NCBI GenBank assembly: GCA_963713825.1
Contig: CAVQNG010000025.1
Coordinates: 96,001 to 160,000, forward strand
DNA: 64,000 bases
DNA from: an uncultured Acidobacteriota bacterium
Lineage (GTDB): Bacteria > Acidobacteriota > Thermoanaerobaculia > Multivoradales > JAHEKO01
Direction: 5' to 3'
The notes beneath the pieces are model-generated. The model was not told where the DNA came from. It did not search any database and saw only the letters and a program-made list of their open reading frames with translations. The position numbers and the translations under genes were made by a program. Positions 56,783-64,000 of this stretch are shown one piece after another (positions within the stretch are counted from its first letter, which is position 1; each line of letters starts with the position of its first letter).

Positions 56783-58573
56783 TCAGGGGTGGAAGGGCCA
56801 GAAGACGGGAATCAGGACGGAGGCCAGTACCCAGAAGATCAGAGTCAGTGGAGCGCCGGCCTTGAGATAGTCGGTGAATCGATAGTTCCCTGGGCTGAAG
56901 ACCATGGCGTTGGTCTGGTAGCCCATCGGGGTCATGAAGCTGGCCGAAGCCGCATACGCGACGGCCATGAGAAATGGCTTCACATCCACTTGCAGTGCGG
57001 CGGCAGCGCTGAAGGAGATAGGAACCATGAGCACGGCGGTGGCATTGTTCGAGAAGACCGAGGTCAGCAGCGACGTTGCCAGGTAGAGCACAGACAACAT
57101 GACAATGGCGCCGTAGGACTCGCCGACCCAACCCAATCCGTCTCCGATCATCGTCGCCAAGCCGGTGTTCTCCATGGCGATGCCCAGCGGCAGAATCGCC
57201 GCCAGCAGGAAGATCACCGTCCAATCGATGGCCCGATAGGCCTGTTGGATCGTAATTCGACGAGTGATCAGTAGAACGATGGCTCCCAGGATGGCGGCCT
57301 TGAGAATCGGCATCAATCCGGTCGCCGCCAGGAGCACCACTGCCACGATCGTCAGGATGCTGATCCACCATCGAGAAGCGAGCTGGATCTTCAAGTCGCG
57401 CTCGCCCAGAGGTACGAAATCATCCATTTCGTAGAGCGCCTCGACCCTCGACCGCGGACCGAAGATGAGCAGCGTGTCCCACGGTACCAACGGAATGCGA
57501 GCCAGCTTGTCTCGAATCAGCTCACTCGTCCGCCGCAGAGCCAGAACAAAGCAGCCGAAACGGCGGCGAAAATCGATCTCTTTCAGGGTCGAGCCGATCA
57601 ACTGCGAGGAGGGATCCAGTTGCACCTCGGCGAGGATCGTGTGCTCGTCGCTCAGGTCGGTGTCGCTGAGCTTGATGTCGGTGAGCAAGAGGAGGCCGAA
57701 GGTCTCCTTGAGTGTCAGGATGTTCTCCATGGGTCCGCGGACCAGGAGGATGTCGTCGGCTCGGAGCGGGGTGGCTCGCAGGTTCGTCGAGATCTTCTCC
57801 TGACCGCGGATGATTTCGATGACGTTGATCTGATACCGCTCGCTGATCTGTTCTCGCACTACGGTGCTGCCTTCGAGCTTCGAGCCCGGCGGCAGCCTGA
57901 GCTCGGTCAGGTAGCCGGCGAGGTGGTACTTGCGCGTCAGGCTCGACAGCACGACCCTCGAGGGCAGCAGTCGCATCGGACCCAGAATGTTGTAGACGGT
58001 TCCTACCGCAACGAAGACGATGCCGAGCATGAAGAACTCGAAGACCCCGAAATCACCACGGCCCCGTTCGGCGGACAGGGAGCTGACCAGTAGGTTGGTG
58101 GACGTTCCCAGAAGGGTGCAGGTGCCCCCGATGATGGCCATGTAGGACAGCGGTAGCAGGATCTTCGATGGGCTGAATCGGTAGTGTCGTGCCAGGTGGA
58201 TCGCCACCGGCATGAACACTCCAACCGCGGCGGTGTTATTGATGAAGGCGGAGATGAAGCCGACCAGTAGTAGTAGCAGGATCGAGGCCCCGATCGCCGA
58301 CTTGCCGGTGCGCTCAGCGATCCTGTAGCCGAGTTTTGTTATCAGGCCGCTGTGCACGAGCCCCGAACTCAGGATGAACATCATCATGACGGTGATGACT
58401 GCCGGGTTGGAGAAACCGGAGACCGCTTCCTCCGGTGTGACGAGATTGAACAGCAAGAGCAGACCGAGGCAGGTCAGGGCAATGACGTCCATGCTCATCC
58501 ATTCCCGCACGAATGCGAAGATGGTGAACAGGATGATCCCCAGTAGAAGGGCGATTTCCAGATTAAAAGTCAT
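56783..58573 (-). CDS. SLC13/DASS family permease with TrkA-C domains
   Basis: AFINNTA, GTSTNL, two cytoplasmic RCK-C-like repeats, SNNAT, TPMGYQTN. Confidence 0.92.
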   Translation of the reverse strand: MTFNLEIALLLGIILFTIFAFVREWMSMDVIALTCLGLLLLFNLVTPEEAVSGFSNPAVITVMMMFILSSGLVHSGLITKLGYRIAERTGKSAIGASILLLLLVGFISAFINNTAAVGVFMPVAIHLARHYRFSPSKILLPLSYMAIIGGTCTLLGTSTNLLVSSLSAERGRGDFGVFEFFMLGIVFVAVGTVYNILGPMRLLPSRVVLSSLTRKYHLAGYLTELRLPPGSKLEGSTVVREQISERYQINVIEIIRGQEKISTNLRATPLRADDILLVRGPMENILTLKETFGLLLLTDIKLSDTDLSDEHTILAEVQLDPSSQLIGSTLKEIDFRRRFGCFVLALRRTSELIRDKLARIPLVPWDTLLIFGPRSRVEALYEMDDFVPLGERDLKIQLASRWWISILTIVAVVLLAATGLMPILKAAILGAIVLLITRRITIQQAYRAIDWTVIFLLAAILPLGIAMENTGLATMIGDGLGWVGESYGAIVMLSVLYLATSLLTSVFSNNATAVLMVPISFSAAAALQVDVKPFLMAVAYAASASFMTPMGYQTNAMVFSPGNYRFTDYLKAGAPLTLIFWVLASVLIPVFWPFHP

Positions 58574-58639
58574 TGCTTTGTGTCAGGCTGTCCTGTGCAG
58601 CCCGAGTTTAGCAACGTGGGCGATTCTCGGCAGTGGTGT

Positions 58640-58669
58640 TTGATAGCGAGGACGGTGGGCTCATAGAAT
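58640..58669 (+). promoter_or_regulatory. Putative sigma-70 promoter
   Basis: TTGATA-18 nt-TAGAAT upstream of RBS AAGGA and ATG 58694. Confidence 0.5.
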
Positions 58670-58693
58670 GGGCCTACAGGAAGGACTCCCACG

Positions 58694-59584
58694 ATGAATA
58701 CGAAGACACCGAAGGCTCTCTTCTTCTGCCTGGCGCCCATCCTCGGCCTGGTTGCATGCGGGCCGTCCGAACCTCCCGTGGCCAGCCTGCTGGTCGAGCC
58801 CGCTGGACTGCAGTTGCCTTTTCCCGGTGTCGTCGATCTCCAGTTGAGCTGGTCGATGGAGCTGCCGTTGGACGGCTTGGAGGGCGAGCCTCTCGTCTTC
58901 GTGCACCTTGTCGATGAGCAGGGTGAAGTTCTCAGGACCTTCGACCACGCACTGGACTTCGAGTGGCAGCCCGGAGAAAGTCAGCAGTACGGGATCCACA
59001 TTTATCAATCTGCTCTCGCTCCTCCACTAGAGCCTGGGTCCTATGGACTGACCATGGGCCTCTATGATTCCGGCGGCCAGCGGTGGCCGCTTCGCGTCGA
59101 GGGCCGAGAGGCAGGTAGCAACGAGTATCGGGTGGCCGAGGTCGAGGTTGGCGCTGACTTGGGAGACGCTCCGATGTTCTTCTTTTCTCCGGCCTGGCTG
59201 CCTCTGGAGAGTGGTCTGGATGCGCAAGTCGTGGCCCGCAGGTGGCTCGGCGACGGAGAGGGGACCATTCGAGTGACGGACTGCCCCGAAAGCGGCAGGA
59301 TCTGGATGTTGATCCGGATTCCGAGCGACGAGGCGGGAGCCTCGCGGGTAGTTCTCAATGACGAAGCGTCCACACCGGAGGTCCGCATCACCAGCACCTG
59401 CGGCTTGGAGGAGATATGCGTCTCCGGGCCTGGTTTCCACGAGATCGAGATTTCGTTCCGACAGGCGGACAAAGACCTGGTGGAGGAATGCGAGCTGCGA
59501 CTCCAGCCCAACTTCAAGATGACCGACGACAGCTCCATGACGCAGCGGTCAATGGCTCTCGAGGTTCTCGCCTGGGCCGAGTAG
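58694..59584 (+). CDS. Hypothetical lipoprotein
   Basis: Lipobox LVAC; VFVHLVD..RTFDH beta-sandwich-like segment. Confidence 0.72.
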   Translation: MNTKTPKALFFCLAPILGLVACGPSEPPVASLLVEPAGLQLPFPGVVDLQLSWSMELPLDGLEGEPLVFVHLVDEQGEVLRTFDHALDFEWQPGESQQYGIHIYQSALAPPLEPGSYGLTMGLYDSGGQRWPLRVEGREAGSNEYRVAEVEVGADLGDAPMFFFSPAWLPLESGLDAQVVARRWLGDGEGTIRVTDCPESGRIWMLIRIPSDEAGASRVVLNDEASTPEVRITSTCGLEEICVSGPGFHEIEISFRQADKDLVEECELRLQPNFKMTDDSSMTQRSMALEVLAWAE

Positions 59585-59599
59585 GACGACTGGTCTGGG

Positions 59600-60124
59600 C
59601 TATTGGCTCATTGAGAGCGGGAGTGTCTTGCTGACCGGCAGACCTTCGACAGGACCGAGGGGCTGCCAGATTTCTACGTCCGCCTCGACCTTGATCTCCA
59701 TCCACTGAGCTGCAGCCAGAGTGACCTCGAGGTCGAGCTTGCCATCCGTGGGTGCAGGCCTCGAAGTCTCAGTGCTCCAGAAGTTGTAGAGCGGGATATC
59801 GACCGTCTCTCCTGCCGGTACGGGAAACATGAAGAGCTGGTTGCCGTAGACGGGCAGCTCCTGACCGTTGATCGTGACCTTGAAATCGAGTTGCGAAGCT
59901 GTGCGCTGACCGCTGTTCGCGAGCTTGACTGTCAGCTTGCAGAGGGTGTCGGGTCCCGGTGAGGCGGGCTCGACGGAGACAGTCTCGATGGTAATCGAAG
60001 GGGCCTCCTGGGCGACGGTGGCCCCACTGAGCGCCAGGCCACCGATGCTGATGGCGAGGATCAGGAGATGGGTACAAAGGTTGCGGCGCGAGAAGGTTCG
60101 GGTGCTGCGAATGAACGACTCCAT
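59600..60124 (-). CDS. Hypothetical secreted beta-sandwich protein
   Basis: Signal peptide ending TVA; beta-rich pattern. Confidence 0.68.
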   Translation of the reverse strand: MESFIRSTRTFSRRNLCTHLLILAISIGGLALSGATVAQEAPSITIETVSVEPASPGPDTLCKLTVKLANSGQRTASQLDFKVTINGQELPVYGNQLFMFPVPAGETVDIPLYNFWSTETSRPAPTDGKLDLEVTLAAAQWMEIKVEADVEIWQPLGPVEGLPVSKTLPLSMSQ

Positions 60125-60277
60125 GATCCGACGATCTTATCGAAGTCTATTGCGGGGGTCTTGTCGCCGGAATCGTCCAGGGTTGCCGCAGTGGGAGGGG
60201 CCGATGATTTTTTCGGTCAGACGGCAGCGGAATAGAAGTGTCCGATGAAGGGGTTGGTTTGATAGGAGAGGAATCTG

Positions 60278-61156
60278 ATGACTGTCGAAACAGATCGAGG
60301 CGAGCGACCGGGCAAGGCGAAGGGCCTGGTGCTGTCGGCAATGGTCTTGGGTGCTGGAGTGGCTGCCACACGATTCTTGCTCGATCGTCTTCATCACTCC
60401 AGGATCTTCCTCCCAGATCGCTATCCCAACGGCATTTGGAACCCGGGGGCATATGGCTTGCCCGCAGAGGATGTCTGGTTCTCGACCGAGGATGGCATGC
60501 GACTGCACGGATGGTGGGTGCCTCACCGCAAGGCTCGAGGGACCATTCTCTATTGCCACGGCAACACTGGAAGCATCGCGCATCGAATCGGAGTCCTCAG
60601 CAAGCTGTGGAGTCTGGAGGTCAATCTGCTTGCCTTCGACTATCGGGGCTATGGGCGCAGCACGGGGCAGCCGACCGAGGATGGGCTCTATCTGGACGTG
60701 CGGGCTGCGCATGAGCACCTGATTCGAGAGGCCGGATGTCGAGCCGACGAAATCCTGCTCTTCGGACACTCGCTGGGGGGTGCAGTGGCAATCGACTGTG
60801 CCCTGGATCGGAAAGTGGCAGGTCTTGTCGCTCAGTCCACCTTTACGCACATCCGGGACGCGGCGCGGGCAGTCTTTCCGACGCTACCGATTCACTTGGC
60901 GGCGCGGCGCCAATTTCGCAGCATCGACAAGGTGGCTGAGCTCGAGATTCCCAAGCTCTTCATCCATGGTGAGTCCGATGAGACCGTTCCCTTGGAACTG
61001 GGAAAGAGACTCTATGAGTCGGCCAGTGAGCCGAAGGACTTCTATCTCGTGCGCCGCGGTGGGCACAACGACCTGCATCTCTATGGCGGTCGGCAGTATC
61101 TTCGCCGTCTCTCCCGCTTTCGCGACCGATGTCTGAAGATGGCCCGCAAGGGGTGA
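60278..61156 (+). CDS. Alpha/beta hydrolase (ABHD13/17-like)
   Basis: HGNTG, DYRGYG, GHSLGG, HGESD, GGHND. Confidence 0.9.
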   Translation: MTVETDRGERPGKAKGLVLSAMVLGAGVAATRFLLDRLHHSRIFLPDRYPNGIWNPGAYGLPAEDVWFSTEDGMRLHGWWVPHRKARGTILYCHGNTGSIAHRIGVLSKLWSLEVNLLAFDYRGYGRSTGQPTEDGLYLDVRAAHEHLIREAGCRADEILLFGHSLGGAVAIDCALDRKVAGLVAQSTFTHIRDAARAVFPTLPIHLAARRQFRSIDKVAELEIPKLFIHGESDETVPLELGKRLYESASEPKDFYLVRRGGHNDLHLYGGRQYLRRLSRFRDRCLKMARKG

Positions 61157-61305
61157 GGCGCCCGGCTCACCGCCGGGCGTTCTTTGAGGGCTTGGGGTTG
61201 AGTCGGCTGTCGCTTGCTCCAGCCGATCTTTGGGGCAGTGGGCCCACCACCCATTCCCCTAGGCCCTTACGCCCGTAAGCCCCTTTTGCCTTCAATGGTG
61301 CCGGA
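61151..61305. repeat. Composite modular intergenic repeat, copy D (inverted array H + ladder)
   Basis: Minus-strand linker CTCAACCCCAAGCCCTCAAAGA between two perfect stems. 61276-61305 matches 56524-56553 at 29/30. Confidence 0.85.
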
Positions 61306-61328
61306 CGGACCCCATCTAGACAACTGGC

Positions 61329-62411
61329 TCAAGCGTAGCCGAGGTCTTGGTAGATCGCGGTTGTTATGGCCCTCATGCGGCGCAGGTGGGAATTCTCGTC
61401 TGGGGTGCCGTTGAGGAGAATGGCGATAGCAACGTCTCTCTCGGGGTCGGCGAAGGCGGTCGAAGATCGGTATCCACTGTGACCAAAGGCCCGGGCTGAA
61501 GCGCTCGGCCAATGACCATAGCCCGACCTGCTGTCCTCGTTGGAGCCGTTGATCACGAACCCGAGTCCCCAGTCGAGAATCTGTCGGAAGGTCTTGTCGA
61601 AAATCCCCGATCGATGACGAGCCGTCAGGGCCTCCACGGTCTGGGGCAGGAGAATCTGCACACCCTGCCAGGTGCCACCCGTCAAGAGCATCTCGTAGAA
61701 ACGCCCCAGCTCCCGGGCCGGTCCCCAGCCGTTGGCACCGGGCGAGCAGCGGGTCACCCGTTTCTCGGAGCTCCAATTGAGCTCGACGGGCACCCCCGGC
61801 TGCGTATCGAAGAGAGGTGCCAGGCGCTCTGCATTCTGGGTGAAGGTCTCGACAGGCATTCCGATCCAGGAGTCGCGCATCTCTAGAGGCTCGAAGACCT
61901 CCTGCCGGACATATTGGTCGAAGGACCGACCATCCGCTCGGTGGACGATCTCTCCCAGGATGAACCAACTCGTCGTCCGGTGGTAGCCGGCGGTCTGACC
62001 AGGCACCCAGCGGGGCTCGAGCCGGCCGTGGCAGATCTTGGCAATGATCTCCTCCCAGGGCGCTTTGGGCCAGCCGACATCCAGCATTCGAATGCCCCCC
62101 GTGTGGGTCAAGAGATGTCGAATCGTGATGCTCTCCTTGCCCCGGGTCCCGAACTCCGGGATGTGATCCGCGACGCGATCGTCCAGGGCGAGGAGGCCGC
62201 GTTCCCACAGTTGCGCGATGGCGACCGCAGCCACCGGCTTGGAGGAGGACATCCAGGGCAGAAGATGGCCGGTCGTCATCGACTCGGATGGCCTCACCTC
62301 TCCGAAGGCCTCCTCGAACACGGGCCGGCCATTTTCGGACACGTAAATTTGGCCACCCGATTGAAGACCTGCGGAAAGGCCCTCCAAGAAGGCTCTCTTG
62401 GTCTGCCTCAT
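61329..62411 (-). CDS. Serine hydrolase, beta-lactamase/EstA family
   Basis: SSSK (SxxK), LLTHTGG, GYH, FGHSG. Confidence 0.9.
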   Translation of the reverse strand: MRQTKRAFLEGLSAGLQSGGQIYVSENGRPVFEEAFGEVRPSESMTTGHLLPWMSSSKPVAAVAIAQLWERGLLALDDRVADHIPEFGTRGKESITIRHLLTHTGGIRMLDVGWPKAPWEEIIAKICHGRLEPRWVPGQTAGYHRTTSWFILGEIVHRADGRSFDQYVRQEVFEPLEMRDSWIGMPVETFTQNAERLAPLFDTQPGVPVELNWSSEKRVTRCSPGANGWGPARELGRFYEMLLTGGTWQGVQILLPQTVEALTARHRSGIFDKTFRQILDWGLGFVINGSNEDSRSGYGHWPSASARAFGHSGYRSSTAFADPERDVAIAILLNGTPDENSHLRRMRAITTAIYQDLGYA

Positions 62412-62515
62412 GTTTGGTTTGGTCCGGTTGCCTCGGGTTTCATCGCCCTGCGATCCGCCGGTCAGCTACGTCTCACTTCTCAGGTAGGCAAAACTCCTGA
62501 TAGATTCCGGCAACT

Positions 62516-63427
62516 ATGACGACTTTACGCCGGAAATTCGACATCTCGAAGTCAATTCTACTGCTCTGCCTGGTGCCTACGATCAGCTTGATTTCTTCAC
62601 CTTCCTGGGCCCAAGTAGAGGTCGAGGAAGGCGAGGATCTGGGTTGGAGCAACTCCACCGACCTGAGCCTCGTCGTCACCGAGGGTAACTCGAGTACCAG
62701 TACTCTCGGCTTCAATAACTACCTGCAGCGACTGTGGAGCAACGCGCGTTATTCCCTACGAGTCGAGGCTGTGCGCTCGGATACCGCAGACGATCCATTT
62801 GCCATCGTCATCCCTGACACGGATGGTGGTTTCTATGTCGAGTATCCGGACAAGGCGCTCGACGTCGAGCGGTACTACATCGAGAATCGCTACGATCGAA
62901 ATATCACGGAGCGGTTTTTCTGGAACGCGGGAGTTAGCTGGGAGCGTAACAAGACTGCCGGAATCCTGAACCGCTACATCGGCTTTGCAGGAGTTGGAAA
63001 CCTCTGGTGGAGCCGCGAGGATCTCAAGTTCTCCACCACCTACGGACTCAGTTACACGGACCGCGAGGACGATGTCCAGGATCCGTTCCAAGACGACACG
63101 TTCGTCGGTTTTCGGTTCGGTTGGGAGTATCTGAACCAGTGGGGCAAGGTAACGACCTACCGTAACACCTGGAACTACACCAACAGCCTGAGCGACTCCT
63201 CCGACTACTACTCGGACATGATGAACTCGATCACGGTCGCGATCAACGATCGCCTGGCGCTCAGAGTGAGCTTGCAGTGGCTCTACAACAGTATTCCTGG
63301 TCTCGAGGAGGTGCCTCTCTTCGTGCTCGATCCTGATACCGGGCTCAAGGTTGAGGTTGGCGAGGTGGAAATTCGCAAGGACCAGTTGGATACGATCTTC
63401 AGCACCTCGTTGGTCGTCAATTTCTAG
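62516..63427 (+). CDS. DUF481-like outer membrane beta-barrel protein
   Basis: Signal peptide, EGNS..ST motif, alternating beta strands, C-terminal Phe. Confidence 0.78.
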   Translation: MTTLRRKFDISKSILLLCLVPTISLISSPSWAQVEVEEGEDLGWSNSTDLSLVVTEGNSSTSTLGFNNYLQRLWSNARYSLRVEAVRSDTADDPFAIVIPDTDGGFYVEYPDKALDVERYYIENRYDRNITERFFWNAGVSWERNKTAGILNRYIGFAGVGNLWWSREDLKFSTTYGLSYTDREDDVQDPFQDDTFVGFRFGWEYLNQWGKVTTYRNTWNYTNSLSDSSDYYSDMMNSITVAINDRLALRVSLQWLYNSIPGLEEVPLFVLDPDTGLKVEVGEVEIRKDQLDTIFSTSLVVNF

Positions 63428-63454
63428 GTCTGGGTTCCCAAGCTGCCAGCAGGC

Positions 63455-63485
63455 AAAGAAAAAGGCCGCGCTCGACGCGCGGCCT
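63455..63485 (-). terminator. Rho-independent terminator for the minus-strand LPXTG gene
   Basis: 9-bp stem AGGCCGCGC/GCGCGGCCT with a 5-nt loop, then a U-rich tract on the minus strand. Confidence 0.75.
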
Positions 63486-63527
63486 GCACCGGCATGAGCT
63501 TGCCGGAGATGGTTCTGTCGTCGAACC

Positions 63528-63998
63528 TCAGAACCTACGAATCACCGTCAACGTGAGGCCGACGGCCAAAAAGGCCACGGCGAGCACCAGAATCAGTGGC
63601 AGATGACTGCCGGTCGAGGGCAGCGCGGCCGGCGCTGGTGCCGGGGCGGGCGCCGGACGGGAAGCTGGAGCCGGAGCTGGAGCCGGAGCTGGAGCCGGAG
63701 CTGGAGCCGGAGTTGGTGTTGATACCTGGACAGCTTCTTGGAGCTCCACGACCTCGTCCATGGTGATGGTCACAGGCGGTGCCGCAGCTTTCTCTGCATA
63801 AGCGGTAACCTGGTCATCCTTCTTGAGGTCTTGGGGCTGGATCTCCTTGCCGTACTTGTAAAATTTGAGGTGTCTGAGCTCGGCGAGGTTGAATCTCTGC
63901 ATTCCGAGGTGGGTGCCCTTGGCGACATCCACGATCAGGGTATTTCCGGAGCGATGCACTACCCGACCCTCGCCGATCTCCACCTCGGGTCCTTCTTG
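63528..63998 (-). CDS. LPXTG-motif protein, 3' part (5' end beyond window)
   Basis: Frame open to the edge. Pro-Ala linker, LPSTG, hydrophobic helix, RR tail. Confidence 0.8.
   Translation of the reverse strand, partial: QEGPEVEIGEGRVVHRSGNTLIVDVAKGTHLGMQRFNLAELRHLKFYKYGKEIQPQDLKKDDQVTAYAEKAAAPPVTITMDEVVELQEAVQVSTPTPAPAPAPAPAPAPAPASRPAPAPAPAPAALPSTGSHLPLILVLAVAFLAVGLTLTVIRRF
63664..63711. repeat. 12-bp tandem repeat x4 encoding a Pro-Ala linker
   Basis: (GCTGGAGCCGGA)4. Confidence 0.9.
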
Positions 63999-64000
63999 CG

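Noticed and set aside
63664-63711. 12-bp tandem repeat as a phase-variation switch
   Set aside because: The unit is a multiple of 3 and only changes Pro-Ala linker length.

Overview
GC-rich bacterial chromosomal window with about 55 densely packed genes. The gene content (VWA protein with a GWxTD-like N-terminus, Thr-type sulfatase-like proteins, LapB, DUF481 barrel, LPXTG protein) suggests Acidobacteriota, possibly Thermoanaerobaculia; this is inference. Contents: a heme-copper oxidase maturation operon (ctaB, ABC-2 transporter, SCO), an A-family cytochrome c oxidase operon in the order I-III-IV-x-x-II-DUF420, xseAB, a JAMM/MoeB-rhodanese/MoaD-MoaE sulfur-carrier set, leucine-catabolism genes, tdk, udk, ileS, mutM, tag, rlmH, a dksA-like gene, an ECF sigma/anti-sigma pair and many hydrolases. 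I saw no rRNA, tRNA, CRISPR-Cas or transposase gene. The most striking signal is non-coding. Four intergenic loci (about 8986-9496, 41927-42310, 56379-56762, 61151-61305) are mosaics of one modular, structured repeat family. Its modules are a long hairpin, an 8-mer ladder, a cassette bounded by ~22-bp inverted repeats with compensatory base changes, and 46-nt-period mini-arrays with a conserved linker and always-palindromic variable spacers. A GTAG REP doublet and an IS481-like end are nested inside. Notable protein oddities: an oxidase subunit I lacking the K-channel Lys, a peptide deformylase lacking the catalytic Glu, a probable CTG start for xseA, and a LapA-LapB fusion. All alignments and motif comparisons were made by eye.
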